A DNA stretch of 64,000 nt from an uncultured Chloroflexia bacterium (GTDB taxonomy: Bacteria > Chloroflexota > Limnocylindria > Limnocylindrales > CSP1-4): positions 576,001-640,000 of the forward strand of contig CAVVYR010000007.1 in assembly GCA_963752475.1 (NCBI GenBank), written 5' to 3'. Under the pieces are notes generated by a model. It made no database searches and had not been told where the DNA came from. It was given only the letters and a program-made list of their open reading frames with translations. A program made the position numbers and the translations under genes. Shown piece by piece: positions 18,033-27,874 of the stretch; positions within the stretch are counted from its first letter, which is position 1; each line of letters begins with the position of its first letter.

Positions 18033-20516
18033 ATGGCCCAGCGCAAGAAGAGCACACGCAGCCGATCGCGTTCGAAGAAGAACCAGCAGCCGCGCGTCGA
18101 TCCGTCGACGCTGCGGTCGATCGCCGCTGTCGTGCTCATCGTGGCCGGGGTCATCACGCTCATCGCACTGCTGCTACCGGGCGGCGGCATCCTCAACGGC
18201 TACGTCGACGGCTTCCTGCGGCCGCTCTTCGGCCAGGGCGCCTGGCTGCTGGGCATCCTGCTCATCGTGGCCGGCGTGCTCGTGGAGCGTGCGCCCAGCG
18301 TCGACTACAGCTGGCTGACGGTGGCCCTCGGTGGTCTCATCGTCTTCGTCGGCGGCCAGGGCCTCATCCACCTCTTCAGCGGCAAGGGTGACAGCCAGCC
18401 GGACCTGGAGCAGGGTGGGGGAGCGCTGGGTCAAGCGCTCTCATCGGTGTTCTCCGACCTGGTCAGCCCCATCGGCGCCTTCGTCATCCTCGTGGGCATC
18501 ATCCTCGTGGGCATCCTGCTCCTCTTCAACATCACGCTCGTCGCGTTCGTGACACCGTTCGCCAATGGCGCTCGCAAGGCCTGGGAGATGTTGGTCGACG
18601 GCGTGACCAACACACAGGATGCGCTGCGCGAGCGACGAGAGGCCCGCGCCCAGCAGGCGGTGGCTGTGCCTGCCGCGCGGGCTGCGAGCCGCGGTCATCG
18701 GAGCATGGCCGAGGAACCCGCACCCGAGTTGCCGGCGCCGACTCCCAGCCCGGCACCAGTGAGCCAGACCGTTTGGACCGGCAGCAAGAAGAAGGGTGGC
18801 GCCAGCGGGGTTTCGGCCACACCGGTCGCAGCGCCCGCGGCCTCGGCGGTCGCATCCGACCTGCTCGCTGCGTCGGCCGCTGCCGGCACGGCCGCCGCTG
18901 GTGCCGCTGCCACCGCGGCAGGGCTCGCGGACGGGACGCTCACCGAGGCAGAAGAGGCGGCGCTCGAGAAGCCGGCGCTGGAGGACTACCGCAAGCCCGA
19001 GAGGAACGACCACCCCGACGCGGCCGAGGTCGCGCGCCTGCGGCTCCACCAGAAGGAGTGGAAGCTGCCCGCGGTGACGCTGCTCGACCCGGCGACCGAA
19101 ACCGCTGACGTCGAGCGCCACGATCACGAGCAGAACGTGCGCATCATCGAAGAGAAGCTGCGTTCGTTCTCCATCCCGGCCACGGTCGTGGGTACCAATA
19201 CCGGCCCCGTCGTGACCCAGTACGAGGTGCGGCCGGACGCACGCATCAAGCTCAGCCGGATCGAGGGCCTTGCCGACGATCTGGCCATGGCCCTGGCCGC
19301 TCGCAGCATCCGCATCGAGGCGCCCATCCCGGGCCGTGACGTGGTCGGCATCGAGATCCCCAACCACGCCTCGGAGATGGTCGGCTTCCGCTCGGTCTAC
19401 GAGGACGCGGACATGTCGGACGCCAAGTCCGATCTGCTCTTCGCCCTCGGCCGCGACGTCTCGGGCAAGCCCTATGCGGTGGACCTCGGGCGCATGCCCC
19501 ATCTGCTCATCGCCGGCGCTACCGGCTCGGGCAAGTCGGTCTGTGTCAACTCCATCGTCACCAGCATCCTCATGCGGGCCAGGCCCACCGAGGTGCGCTT
19601 CGTGCTCGTCGACCTCAAGCGCGTGGAGCTGGCGCCGTACGGTCGCATCCCGCACCTGCTCACCGACGTCATCATGGAGGCCCACGAGGCGCGCGCGGCG
19701 CTGGCCTGGGCGGTGGGCGAGATGGAGGAGCGCTACAAGAAGCTGGCCAAGTCGACGACCCGGAACATCGCCGCCTACAACGAGCGCTCGGACCTCGACC
19801 ACGAGGATCGGATGCCCTACATCGTGCTCATGATCGACGAGCTCGCGGACCTCATGATCCAGGAGGGTCGCAAGGTCGAGGAGCCGATCGTCAAGCTGGC
19901 CCAGAAGGCCCGCGCCGTGGGCATCCACCTGGTGCTCGCCACCCAGCGTCCATCGGTCAACGTCGTCACCGGCCTCATCAAGGCCAACGTGCCCAGCCGT
20001 ATCGCCTTCGCCATGGCCTCCAACGTGGACAGCCGCACCGTGCTCGACCAGCCCGGTGCGGAGGACCTCATCGGCCGAGGAGACATGCTCTACCAGCCGG
20101 CGGACCTGCCGCGACCCGTGCGTATCCAGGGCGTCTTCGTGTCCGATGCCGAGGTCAAGGCCGTGGCCGACTTCTGGCGCGAGCAGGAGCCCGAGCCGCC
20201 CTACGACCCGGGAGTCCTGTCCGGCTCAGGCGATGTCGACGACGCCGAGAACGGCGAGTTCGCCTGGCTGGCCAAGGTCGCGGAGGACGAGCTCACCCCG
20301 CGCGCCGCGGAGCTGGTGCAGCTCACCGGCAAGGCCAGCACATCGATGATGCAGACGAAGCTGAAGGTCGGCTTCAACCGCGCCAGCCGCATCATCGAGG
20401 AGCTCGAACGGGTAGGTATCGTGGGGCCGCAGGATCCGCGTAACCCGGCCGTGCCGCGGGCGGTCTACGGACCGGAGAACTGGCTCAAGGGGCCGGACGA
20501 CGCGGACCGTCTGTAG
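18033..20516 (+). CDS. ftsK: DNA translocase FtsK/SpoIIIE
   Basis: N-terminal TM helices, PHLLIAGATGSGKS, IDELADLM, LATQRPS, C-terminal gamma domain. Confidence 0.96.
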   Translation: MAQRKKSTRSRSRSKKNQQPRVDPSTLRSIAAVVLIVAGVITLIALLLPGGGILNGYVDGFLRPLFGQGAWLLGILLIVAGVLVERAPSVDYSWLTVALGGLIVFVGGQGLIHLFSGKGDSQPDLEQGGGALGQALSSVFSDLVSPIGAFVILVGIILVGILLLFNITLVAFVTPFANGARKAWEMLVDGVTNTQDALRERREARAQQAVAVPAARAASRGHRSMAEEPAPELPAPTPSPAPVSQTVWTGSKKKGGASGVSATPVAAPAASAVASDLLAASAAAGTAAAGAAATAAGLADGTLTEAEEAALEKPALEDYRKPERNDHPDAAEVARLRLHQKEWKLPAVTLLDPATETADVERHDHEQNVRIIEEKLRSFSIPATVVGTNTGPVVTQYEVRPDARIKLSRIEGLADDLAMALAARSIRIEAPIPGRDVVGIEIPNHASEMVGFRSVYEDADMSDAKSDLLFALGRDVSGKPYAVDLGRMPHLLIAGATGSGKSVCVNSIVTSILMRARPTEVRFVLVDLKRVELAPYGRIPHLLTDVIMEAHEARAALAWAVGEMEERYKKLAKSTTRNIAAYNERSDLDHEDRMPYIVLMIDELADLMIQEGRKVEEPIVKLAQKARAVGIHLVLATQRPSVNVVTGLIKANVPSRIAFAMASNVDSRTVLDQPGAEDLIGRGDMLYQPADLPRPVRIQGVFVSDAEVKAVADFWREQEPEPPYDPGVLSGSGDVDDAENGEFAWLAKVAEDELTPRAAELVQLTGKASTSMMQTKLKVGFNRASRIIEELERVGIVGPQDPRNPAVPRAVYGPENWLKGPDDADRL

Positions 20517-20637
20517 TTCGCGAATCTTCATCCACTTCGGTGTCCACGAACCGCTGATAGCGGGTAGACTGAACGCAACGTCGCGACTGCCGTGGTCGGG
20601 GCGCATGCCGTGATATGAGTGAGGGCTCCATCGCCGG

Positions 20638-22032
20638 ATGACCGCGCGCCAAGAAGCACGCGTCGGGACTCGAGCGACGAGCGGGGATACCTGGTCCTAC
20701 GAGACCCAGCGTGCCCCCAATGTCGGTGAGATCCTGCAGACCGCCCGCGAACGCAAGGGTGTAGATCTCGCTCGCGCCGAGCGCGAGACGAAGATCCGTG
20801 CACGTCATCTCATGGCACTCGAGGCAGGCGACCTCGCCGACCTGCCGGCTCCCGTCTACGCCAAGGGCTTCCTGCGCAACTACTCCACGTACCTCGGTCT
20901 CGATGCGGACGAGATGATCGACCGCTGGCGCAAGGAGATCGATCAGCCGCGTCGCGCGGACACCCCCACGGTCAAACCGCCGCCCCAGCCCATCACCACA
21001 CCCAGTCGAGGCCTCAAGCTGACCAGCGGCTTGGTGGTGGCCCTCGTGCTGGCCGCCATCGTCTTCAGCTTCGTCGGCTACGTGGGCCTGCAGCTCTTCC
21101 GCTTCACCCAGAACCCGGAGATCAGCCTCAGCGGTCCGGCCATCCGCCAGCTGCAGCCAGGTGACACGTTCGTCACGCTGCGCGGCGGGGGCACATCCAA
21201 CGCGGCCATCACCGCGACCGGTGCCGACACCGGCGAGGCGGAGCCGTTCCTGCGCACTGACACTGCCGATGCGACCGGCGCCTGGTCCATGAGCCTGCCC
21301 GTGAACAAGGGCGAGAATCACTTCACCATCGTGGGCAGGGACCCGGAGACCGCACGAGACTCCACGCCTATCCAGGTCATCGTGAGCGTCCCCGTGGAAG
21401 ACACGGCACTTCCCCAGGGCGACCTCGGTCCGGTGCTGCCGGAGGGCGTGGCCGATACCAATATCACGGGCATCCCCTCGGCGGAGCTGACGGTCACCGA
21501 TCCTGAGCAGGGCTACGTCACCGAGAACGGCCGGGTCAAGGTCGTGGGCACGTCCGATGCCGAGTCGGTCACGATCAGCTTCCGCTGGCGCGGCAACGTC
21601 GATGCCGAGAAGACGGCCCCGGCGGCGCGCGAGGTACCGGTCAACAACGGTGTCTTCCGCGATAGCTTCCAGCTCCCCAAGGGCAAGTGGATCCTCTACG
21701 CGGCAGCCTCGATCGATGGCGGTTACCCGGCCGTAGAGGAGCTCAACCTGCGCTCGCTGAACGACAAGATGGCCATTCGCGTGGAGGCCATCGACGGCAA
21801 GACCCGCGTCAAGCTGACCAAGCCCGATGGCCAGATCATCGCCGAGAAGATCCTCCTCCAGGACGGTCAGAAGAAGGTCTTCCGCGTCGATCCGGATGTC
21901 ATCCTGCGCGTGGGCAATGCCAAGGCCGCCAACGTCACCGTCGACGGCAAGAGCTACGGCGTCATGGGCGACAAGGCGCTGCCGGTCGAGTGGCGACTGG
22001 TACAGGGCAAGAAGCCCAAGACCCTCGACTGA
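20638..22032 (+). CDS. rodZ: RodZ-like HTH membrane protein with a long extracellular beta-rich region
   Basis: HTH (ETKIRARHLMALEAG...VYAKGFLRNYSTYLGLD), single TM helix, C-terminal LRVGNA motif; ftsK-rodZ-cinA synteny. Confidence 0.75.
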   Translation: MTARQEARVGTRATSGDTWSYETQRAPNVGEILQTARERKGVDLARAERETKIRARHLMALEAGDLADLPAPVYAKGFLRNYSTYLGLDADEMIDRWRKEIDQPRRADTPTVKPPPQPITTPSRGLKLTSGLVVALVLAAIVFSFVGYVGLQLFRFTQNPEISLSGPAIRQLQPGDTFVTLRGGGTSNAAITATGADTGEAEPFLRTDTADATGAWSMSLPVNKGENHFTIVGRDPETARDSTPIQVIVSVPVEDTALPQGDLGPVLPEGVADTNITGIPSAELTVTDPEQGYVTENGRVKVVGTSDAESVTISFRWRGNVDAEKTAPAAREVPVNNGVFRDSFQLPKGKWILYAAASIDGGYPAVEELNLRSLNDKMAIRVEAIDGKTRVKLTKPDGQIIAEKILLQDGQKKVFRVDPDVILRVGNAKAANVTVDGKSYGVMGDKALPVEWRLVQGKKPKTLD

Positions 22033-22046
22033 GCCACCAGACCGGG

Positions 22047-22535
22047 GTGGACCTCGCGTCACTGGCCGCCCGTCTCCAGGCCGTCGCGCTCGAACGTGGC
22101 GTCACGGTCGGTACCGCCGAGTCGTGCACCGGTGGGCTCATCGGCCACTCGTTGACGGCCATCGCCGGGTCCAGTGACTACTACCTCGGCGGTGTCATCA
22201 GCTACAGCAACGAGCTCAAGATGCGGCTGCTCGACGTGCCTGCCGAGTTGCTCGAGCGGCATGGCGCGGTCTCGGCGGAGGTGGCGCTGGCCATGGCGCA
22301 GGGCGCCCGCGAGAACCTCGGCTGCGACTACGCTGTGTCGGTGACCGGGGTCGCGGGGCCGGGAGGTGGGACCGGATCCAAGCCGGTCGGGCTCACCTAC
22401 GTGGCTGCCGCCGGTCCGAACGGTCACGAAGTGGCGGGACGCCAGTGGGACGGTGACCGGACGATGAACAAGGAGCGGAGCGCAGCGGCCGCGCTCGAGT
22501 CGTTGCTCGTGCTCATCGAAGAGGAGCGGCGATGA
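22047..22535 (+). CDS. cinA: CinA C-terminal domain / NMN deamidase (PncC-like)
   Basis: AESCTGG, YSNELK, GAVSAEVA, TGVAGPGGG, KPVGL. Confidence 0.88.
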   Translation: MDLASLAARLQAVALERGVTVGTAESCTGGLIGHSLTAIAGSSDYYLGGVISYSNELKMRLLDVPAELLERHGAVSAEVALAMAQGARENLGCDYAVSVTGVAGPGGGTGSKPVGLTYVAAAGPNGHEVAGRQWDGDRTMNKERSAAAALESLLVLIEEERR

Positions 22536-24019
22536 TCCGGGGAGCCGCCGACGTGGCGCGTGGTCTGGCGCCGGCCCGAGAGGCACGGCCGATCGCCCCG
22601 GGCGAGCGCATCCATGTCGTCGGAGCTGCCGGCGCGGGCGCGTCAGCCGCCGCGATCCTGGCCCATGCGGCCGGCGGCGCGCCTGACGGCTGTGACCCTG
22701 GGGCACCCACGCAGTACACGGCAGCCCTCGACGAGCGCGGCGTCCCCGTCGCCACCGAGCATGCCGCTGCCCACGTGACCGACGATCCACCGGCTCGCCT
22801 GGCGGTGACGAAGGCGCTCACGTCGGTCCAGCCGGATCATCCCGAGCTGGTGGCCGCGCGTGAGGCCGGCGTACCCATCGAGGCCTGGCAGCAGACGGTG
22901 GCCGACGCGGCGGCTACGCAGGGCGGGGCACTCGTGGCCGTTGCCGGCACGCACGGCAAGTCGACCTCGGCAGGGTGGCTGGTGCACCTGCTGGTGAGCG
23001 CCGGCCGAGACCCCGGAGCGTTCGTGGGCGCGTTGCTACCCGCCGCGCTGACCGGAGGGTCACCCGCGACCGCACGCTGGGGCGGCGGCGATGCCTTCGT
23101 GGTGGAGGCCGACGAGTACGCTGGCAACTTCGACGCCTACCGACCGTCGCTGGCGCTCGTGCTCAACGCGGAATGGGACCATCCCGACGTGTTCGAGGAC
23201 AGATCCGCCGTCGTGGACACGCTCGAGGCCTGGCTGCGCGCGCCCGGTGAGGCCGAACGCCGGGCCCTCATCAACATCGGCGATGCCGGTGGAGCCGAGC
23301 TCGCCGCGCGCCTGGCCGATTGGGGCGAGCGCGTCATCACCGTCGCGCCTGCTGGTGACGGTACCAGCGTGGGCTACCGCCTGAGCGGCTCCTTGCTGTG
23401 GCTCGACCGGCTGCCGGGCCTCGAGGCAGGTGTGGCCGCGCCGTTGCGGCTGGCGGGTGCGCACAACGCCGCCAACGCCGCCAGTGTGGCAGCCGCGGCC
23501 GCCGTCCTCGGCGTCAGTGCCCCACGGATCGCCGATGGCCTGGCCTCATACGACGGCGTCGGCCGGCGCTTCGACGTCAAGGGCGAGCACGGGGGTGTGC
23601 TCATCATCGACGACTACGGTCACCATCCGACGGCCATCCGGGCCACGCTCGAGGCCGTGCGGTCTCGCTACCCTGGACGTCCGGTGTGGGTCGCGCACGA
23701 GCCGCTGACGTTCCACCGGGCAGCGGCCATGCTCGACGATCTGGCAGCGGCGCTGGCCGAGGCCGACGGTGTCGTCATCGCCGACATCTGGGCCGGCCGG
23801 GACCCGGACACGACGATCGCCAGCGCGGCCGTGCTCGCGGAGCGTGTCTCGGCCGTCAGTGGCCGTCCCGTGGCTGCTCCCGGGAGCCCGGAGTCCACGG
23901 CCGATCACCTGGCCAGGGTGGTGCAGGCGGGCGACATCGTCCTGTCCATGGGCGGCGGTCGCTCGTACGTCATCGCCGAGCGCCTCTGCTCGCTCCTCGG
24001 AGGATCGAGTGACCAGTAG
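22532..24019 (+). CDS. Mur ligase (MurC/Mpl-like)
   Basis: GTHGKST P-loop, EADEY, DHPD, GVGRRF, DDYGHHPT. Confidence 0.85.
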   Translation: MIRGAADVARGLAPAREARPIAPGERIHVVGAAGAGASAAAILAHAAGGAPDGCDPGAPTQYTAALDERGVPVATEHAAAHVTDDPPARLAVTKALTSVQPDHPELVAAREAGVPIEAWQQTVADAAATQGGALVAVAGTHGKSTSAGWLVHLLVSAGRDPGAFVGALLPAALTGGSPATARWGGGDAFVVEADEYAGNFDAYRPSLALVLNAEWDHPDVFEDRSAVVDTLEAWLRAPGEAERRALINIGDAGGAELAARLADWGERVITVAPAGDGTSVGYRLSGSLLWLDRLPGLEAGVAAPLRLAGAHNAANAASVAAAAAVLGVSAPRIADGLASYDGVGRRFDVKGEHGGVLIIDDYGHHPTAIRATLEAVRSRYPGRPVWVAHEPLTFHRAAAMLDDLAAALAEADGVVIADIWAGRDPDTTIASAAVLAERVSAVSGRPVAAPGSPESTADHLARVVQAGDIVLSMGGGRSYVIAERLCSLLGGSSDQ

Positions 24020-24028
24020 AATGCTCGA

Positions 24029-24460
24029 ATGCCCAGTAACCTGACGCCCGGTGACGGGCAGGATCTATTCGCCCAATTCAAGCGTGCCTGGGAGGGCCGG
24101 GATCCCGACGCTCTGCTCGAGTTGTTCGCCGAGGACGCCGAGTACCGCATCGACCCCTTCCTGGAGCCGATGACGGGGCTCAATGCCATCCGCGAGCACT
24201 GGAACGGCGTGGTCGTGGCCCAGGACCACATCGAGTTCGATGCCGAGCGCGTGTGGGTCGTCGGCCGCACCATCCTGGGCAGCTGGCACGTGGCCCTCAC
24301 CGAGCGGGCCACCGCCGACCGCGTCCGAGTGCGCGGGTTCACCACCATGGAGCTGGACGACCAGGGTCGCATCGCGCGCATGCGCGAGTGGCCGGTGCGC
24401 AAGGTCGTCGGGATCGACAGCAGCTACAAGAAGCGCGCAGCCTCCGAGGCAGGGGAGTAG
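24029..24460 (+). CDS. SnoaL/NTF2-like protein
   Basis: FKRAWEGRDPDALLELFAEDAEY...GRIARMREW pattern. Confidence 0.8.
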   Translation: MPSNLTPGDGQDLFAQFKRAWEGRDPDALLELFAEDAEYRIDPFLEPMTGLNAIREHWNGVVVAQDHIEFDAERVWVVGRTILGSWHVALTERATADRVRVRGFTTMELDDQGRIARMREWPVRKVVGIDSSYKKRAASEAGE

Positions 24461-24464
24461 ACCG

Positions 24465-24962
24465 ATGGCCAGCAGCAGCACATTCGATATCGTCAGCGAG
24501 TTCGACCGCCAGGAGCTGGTCAACGCGCTCGACCAGGTTCGTCGCGAGGTGGCCACGCGCTACGACTTCAAGGGCTCCAAGGTCGAGATCGCGCTCGACG
24601 AGAAGAGCGTGACCGTGGTGACCGACTCGGAGATGCGCTCGGCCGCGGTGCAGGACCTCATCGGTTCCAAGGCCGTTCGCCGGGGTCTGTCGTTGAAGGT
24701 CTTCGACTGGGGTGAGATCGAGCCCGCCGGCGGCATGACCTTCAGGCAGGTCGCGGGCTTGCAGCAGGGCCTGCCGGAGGACCTGGCCAAGAGGATCACC
24801 AAGCTCATCCGCGACGAGTTCCCCAAGTGCAAGGGGCAGATCCAGGGTGGCACGGTACGTGTCACAGGCAAGTCGAGGGACGATCTCCAGGGCGTCATCG
24901 CCCTCCTCAAGGAGCGATCGGCGGATTACCCTGTGGCCCTGCAGTTCAAGAACTACCGGTAA
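24465..24962 (+). CDS. yajQ: YajQ-family nucleotide-binding protein
   Basis: FDIVSEFDRQELVNA, RYDFKGS, VRVTGKSRDDLQ, LQFKNYR; GGGGAG SD. Confidence 0.92.
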   Translation: MASSSTFDIVSEFDRQELVNALDQVRREVATRYDFKGSKVEIALDEKSVTVVTDSEMRSAAVQDLIGSKAVRRGLSLKVFDWGEIEPAGGMTFRQVAGLQQGLPEDLAKRITKLIRDEFPKCKGQIQGGTVRVTGKSRDDLQGVIALLKERSADYPVALQFKNYR

Positions 24963-24968
24963 GAGACC

Positions 24969-25061
24969 ATGATCGATACTCAAAGTCCGCTGATGCGGCT
25001 CATCCTCGCTGTCGTCGCGATCCTCATCGTCGCGTCCCTCATCTTCACCATGGTGTACTAG
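24969..25061 (+). CDS. Small single-TM protein, 30 aa (below the ORF-track cutoff)
   Basis: MIDTQSPLMRLILAVVAILIVASLIFTMVY fills the yajQ-to-TPP-enzyme gap exactly, with AAGAG upstream and GC3-biased codons. Confidence 0.6.
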   Translation: MIDTQSPLMRLILAVVAILIVASLIFTMVY

Positions 25062-25062
25062 C

Positions 25063-27183
25063 TTGACCGACCCACAGCACGACCAGACCTCCGCACCGAG
25101 CGAGCCCACCGAGGGCACGCCGGTTCCCGAGCCCGGCCCCGAGACGACGCCAGAGTCCCAAGCGGAGCCCCCGACCACGGAGCCGCAGACGGGGACATCG
25201 CCGGCCGAACCTGCCACCGCAGTGCCAGCTCCTGCACCCGAGCCCCCGACCACGGAGCCGCAGCTGGAGGCATCGCCGGCCGAACCTGCCACCGCAGTGC
25301 CAGCTCCTGCACCCGAGCCCGCTGCCGGGTCTGAGGGCGAGCCCGAGCCGGCACCCCAGCCGCAAGCCGATCCCGAGCCCCAGGCTGTCGAAGCCCCGAA
25401 GCCCGAGCCGGAGCCCGCGACCACCTCGGAGGCTCAGCCCACGACCGAGGACGAGCCAGAGCCGGTCGCGGAGCCAGAGCCTGCGCCGCCGCCTCCGCCG
25501 CCTCCGCCGGCGACCGTCCGCCGCACGGTCTCACAGGAGGTCGCTCGTCAGTTGAAGGCCGCCGGAGCGCGCTACTGCTTCACCGTGCCTGCCGAGCCCA
25601 TCCTGCCCATGCTCGACGACCTGGCCGAGGCTGGGATCCGCGTCGTGACCACGCGTCACGAGGGCGGTGCCGCCTTCATGGCCGAGGCGCTCTCGCAGGC
25701 GACCGGCCGACCGCAGATCGTGGCCACGTCTCGTGCCGTCGGTGCCGCCAACGCGGCGGTCGGCATCCACACCGCCGCCCAGGACTCCGCGCCGATGGTG
25801 GCGCTGATGGGCCAGGTCGACACCTCGGTCGCCGGGCGCGAGGCGTTCCAGGAATCGGACCTGGTCGGAGGTATCGGCTCGCTCGCCCTGTGGGCGGGCC
25901 AGATCGACCGACCCGATGACACGTCCACCGTGTTGGGCAAGGCCTGGCGCCGGATCAATACCGGCCGGCCGGGTCCGGTGCTGCTATCGGTGCCGGTGGA
26001 TGTGCAGACCGCAGAGGTCGAACTGCTCGACGAGCCCGCGCCCAAGCCGCCGGGTGCCCGTGGCCCCGCGGCCGACCGCTCCGCCGTGAGCCGGGCCATG
26101 AAGATGCTCGCGGCCTCCGAGCGTGGCGTCATCGTGGCTGGCGCGGGCGTGCTGCGCGCGCGTGCCACCAAGCGTCTTGTGGCGTTGTCGGAAGCGCTGG
26201 CCGTTCCGGTCGTCTCCGCCTGGCGTCGACCGGATGTGTTCCCCAATGACCACGTCAACTACCTCGGCATGGCCGGCTCGTGGGCGGCGCCGACCGTCGG
26301 GCAGCGCCTCGCGGATGCGGACGTGATCCTCTTCATCGGCACTCGCCTCTCGGAGATCACCACCGGCGGCTACGCCATCCCGGGGCCTGACACGCGCTGG
26401 ATCCACGTGGATGTGCAGCCCCGTGTGGCCCATGCCGGACTGGCAGCGCCGACGCTGTCGGTGACCGCCGATGCGTCGCGTTTCCTGGACTCAGCCTGGT
26501 CCGACCTGCGGGCCGCTGCGCTCGACAACGAGATGCGCAGCCGGCGGGAAGCACGCATAGCGGCCGATCGGGAGGCATACAAGGCCGCCAGCGACGTGTC
26601 CGAAGGGGAGTGGAGTGGCCCTGGGGCACATCCCGGGAAGATGCTCTCGATGCTGCGTGTCGCATTGCCGGACAACGCGACCATCGCCACCGACGCCGGC
26701 AACCTCGCGGGCTTCGTGGCTCGGGGCTTCAGCTTCCGGCGTGCCGGCACCTTCCTGGGCGCGACCTCGGGCACGATGGGCTACGGCCTGCCCGCGGCCA
26801 TCGCGGCGTCGCTCATGGACCCCGATCGCATCGCTGTCGCGCTCTGCGGTGACGGCGGGTTCTCCGCGACGATGAACGAGCTTGAGACCGCCGTGCGGGA
26901 AGGTGCGCATCCGATCGCGATCGTCCTCGACAACGAGCGCTACGGCACCATCGCCGGTCAACAGCTGAAGGAGGGCCGGGACACGCGCACGACCACCCTC
27001 GGGGCGGTCGACTTCGCGGCCGTGGCTCGAGCACACGGTGCGCTCGGATTCAGCGTCGAGGATGATGCTGGCTTCGAGACAGCGTTGCGTGAGGCCATCA
27101 CCTCGCGTCAGGCATCGGTCATCCACGTGAAGGTCGACCGGGCCTGGTTGTCGGCCGACGAGCATCCGCTAAGGGCTTCGTAG
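25063..27183 (+). CDS. Thiamine-pyrophosphate-dependent enzyme (acetolactate synthase large-subunit-like) with a Pro/Glu-rich N-terminal extension
   Basis: RHEGGAAFMAEA catalytic Glu, GRPGPV, GTMGYGLPAA, GDGG...N TPP motif. Confidence 0.85.
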   Translation: MTDPQHDQTSAPSEPTEGTPVPEPGPETTPESQAEPPTTEPQTGTSPAEPATAVPAPAPEPPTTEPQLEASPAEPATAVPAPAPEPAAGSEGEPEPAPQPQADPEPQAVEAPKPEPEPATTSEAQPTTEDEPEPVAEPEPAPPPPPPPPATVRRTVSQEVARQLKAAGARYCFTVPAEPILPMLDDLAEAGIRVVTTRHEGGAAFMAEALSQATGRPQIVATSRAVGAANAAVGIHTAAQDSAPMVALMGQVDTSVAGREAFQESDLVGGIGSLALWAGQIDRPDDTSTVLGKAWRRINTGRPGPVLLSVPVDVQTAEVELLDEPAPKPPGARGPAADRSAVSRAMKMLAASERGVIVAGAGVLRARATKRLVALSEALAVPVVSAWRRPDVFPNDHVNYLGMAGSWAAPTVGQRLADADVILFIGTRLSEITTGGYAIPGPDTRWIHVDVQPRVAHAGLAAPTLSVTADASRFLDSAWSDLRAAALDNEMRSRREARIAADREAYKAASDVSEGEWSGPGAHPGKMLSMLRVALPDNATIATDAGNLAGFVARGFSFRRAGTFLGATSGTMGYGLPAAIAASLMDPDRIAVALCGDGGFSATMNELETAVREGAHPIAIVLDNERYGTIAGQQLKEGRDTRTTTLGAVDFAAVARAHGALGFSVEDDAGFETALREAITSRQASVIHVKVDRAWLSADEHPLRAS
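25165..25320 (+). repeat. In-frame tandem repeat, 2 x 75 bp plus a partial third unit
   Basis: Units start at 25165 and 25240 and encode EPPTTEPQ(TGT/LEA)SPAEPATAVPAPAP. Confidence 0.9.
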
Positions 27184-27253
27184 CACTCGTTCCAAGGCTG
27201 CCTCCGAGCGTGTCTTCACGCTTGCTGTCGTTGCGCAAAGACACCAGCGGTGC

Positions 27254-27283
27254 CTGAACGCACCGCCCATCCGGTGCGTTCGG
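27254..27283. terminator. Hairpin between convergent genes, probable terminator
   Basis: GAACGCACCG-cccatc-CGGTGCGTTC perfect 10-bp stem. Confidence 0.5.
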
Positions 27284-27327
27284 TCAACAGTCCACCGTCG
27301 GGGTGGGAATCTGCGTCGAAGCTGGGT

Positions 27328-27843
27328 TCAGGCGGGGGGCTGGATGTCGCGGCGCATGGCTAACGCACCGAAGCGCGCGCCGGCCTCAGCATCCTGCCCG
27401 CTGCGGATGACCCCGAATCCGAGGTCGCGATAGAAGCGGATAGCGTCGTCGTTGGCGCCGTAGACCCACAGGATCGTCTCGGCCGCGTCCCAGCCACGAC
27501 CCCAGCTCTCGAGCGACTCGATGAGCGTGCGTCCGACGCCCAGCCGACGCACCGATGGGTCGACCCACATGCTGAACAACAAGAGCGTACCGGGTCGGCG
27601 CTTGCGGCCCTGGACCAGCCCGACCGGACCCTCGTCGGTCTCGGCGAGCAGCCACGTTCGGTTGTCGCCATGCGAGGACTGGCGCGCGCTGCGGTGCCAT
27701 TCCTTCTGCGGACGCCCACGGGCTTCCTCGAGCGGTTGTCCGAAGGCGTTCGGTGCATCCGCGATGCTCCGAAGGCGTAGGTCGCGCAGCGTCAGCCCGT
27801 CGCCAGGCCTGATGCGGCGGATGCGGACGACCGTGGCTTCCAT
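27328..27843 (-). CDS. GNAT N-acetyltransferase
   Basis: SMWVDPSVRRLGVGRTL (motif A), NDDAIRFYRDLGF (motif B). Confidence 0.88.
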   Translation of the reverse strand: MEATVVRIRRIRPGDGLTLRDLRLRSIADAPNAFGQPLEEARGRPQKEWHRSARQSSHGDNRTWLLAETDEGPVGLVQGRKRRPGTLLLFSMWVDPSVRRLGVGRTLIESLESWGRGWDAAETILWVYGANDDAIRFYRDLGFGVIRSGQDAEAGARFGALAMRRDIQPPA

Positions 27844-27874
27844 CTACCAACGGTAGCGGAGGCGCAGGGAAGTG

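Noticed and set aside
25165-25320. 75-bp repeats as a CRISPR array
   Set aside because: Adjacent in-frame coding duplication with no spacers and no cas genes.
27184-27327. ncRNA between the TPP enzyme and the GNAT gene
   Set aside because: The hairpins are adequately explained as terminators of convergent genes; no family motif recognised.
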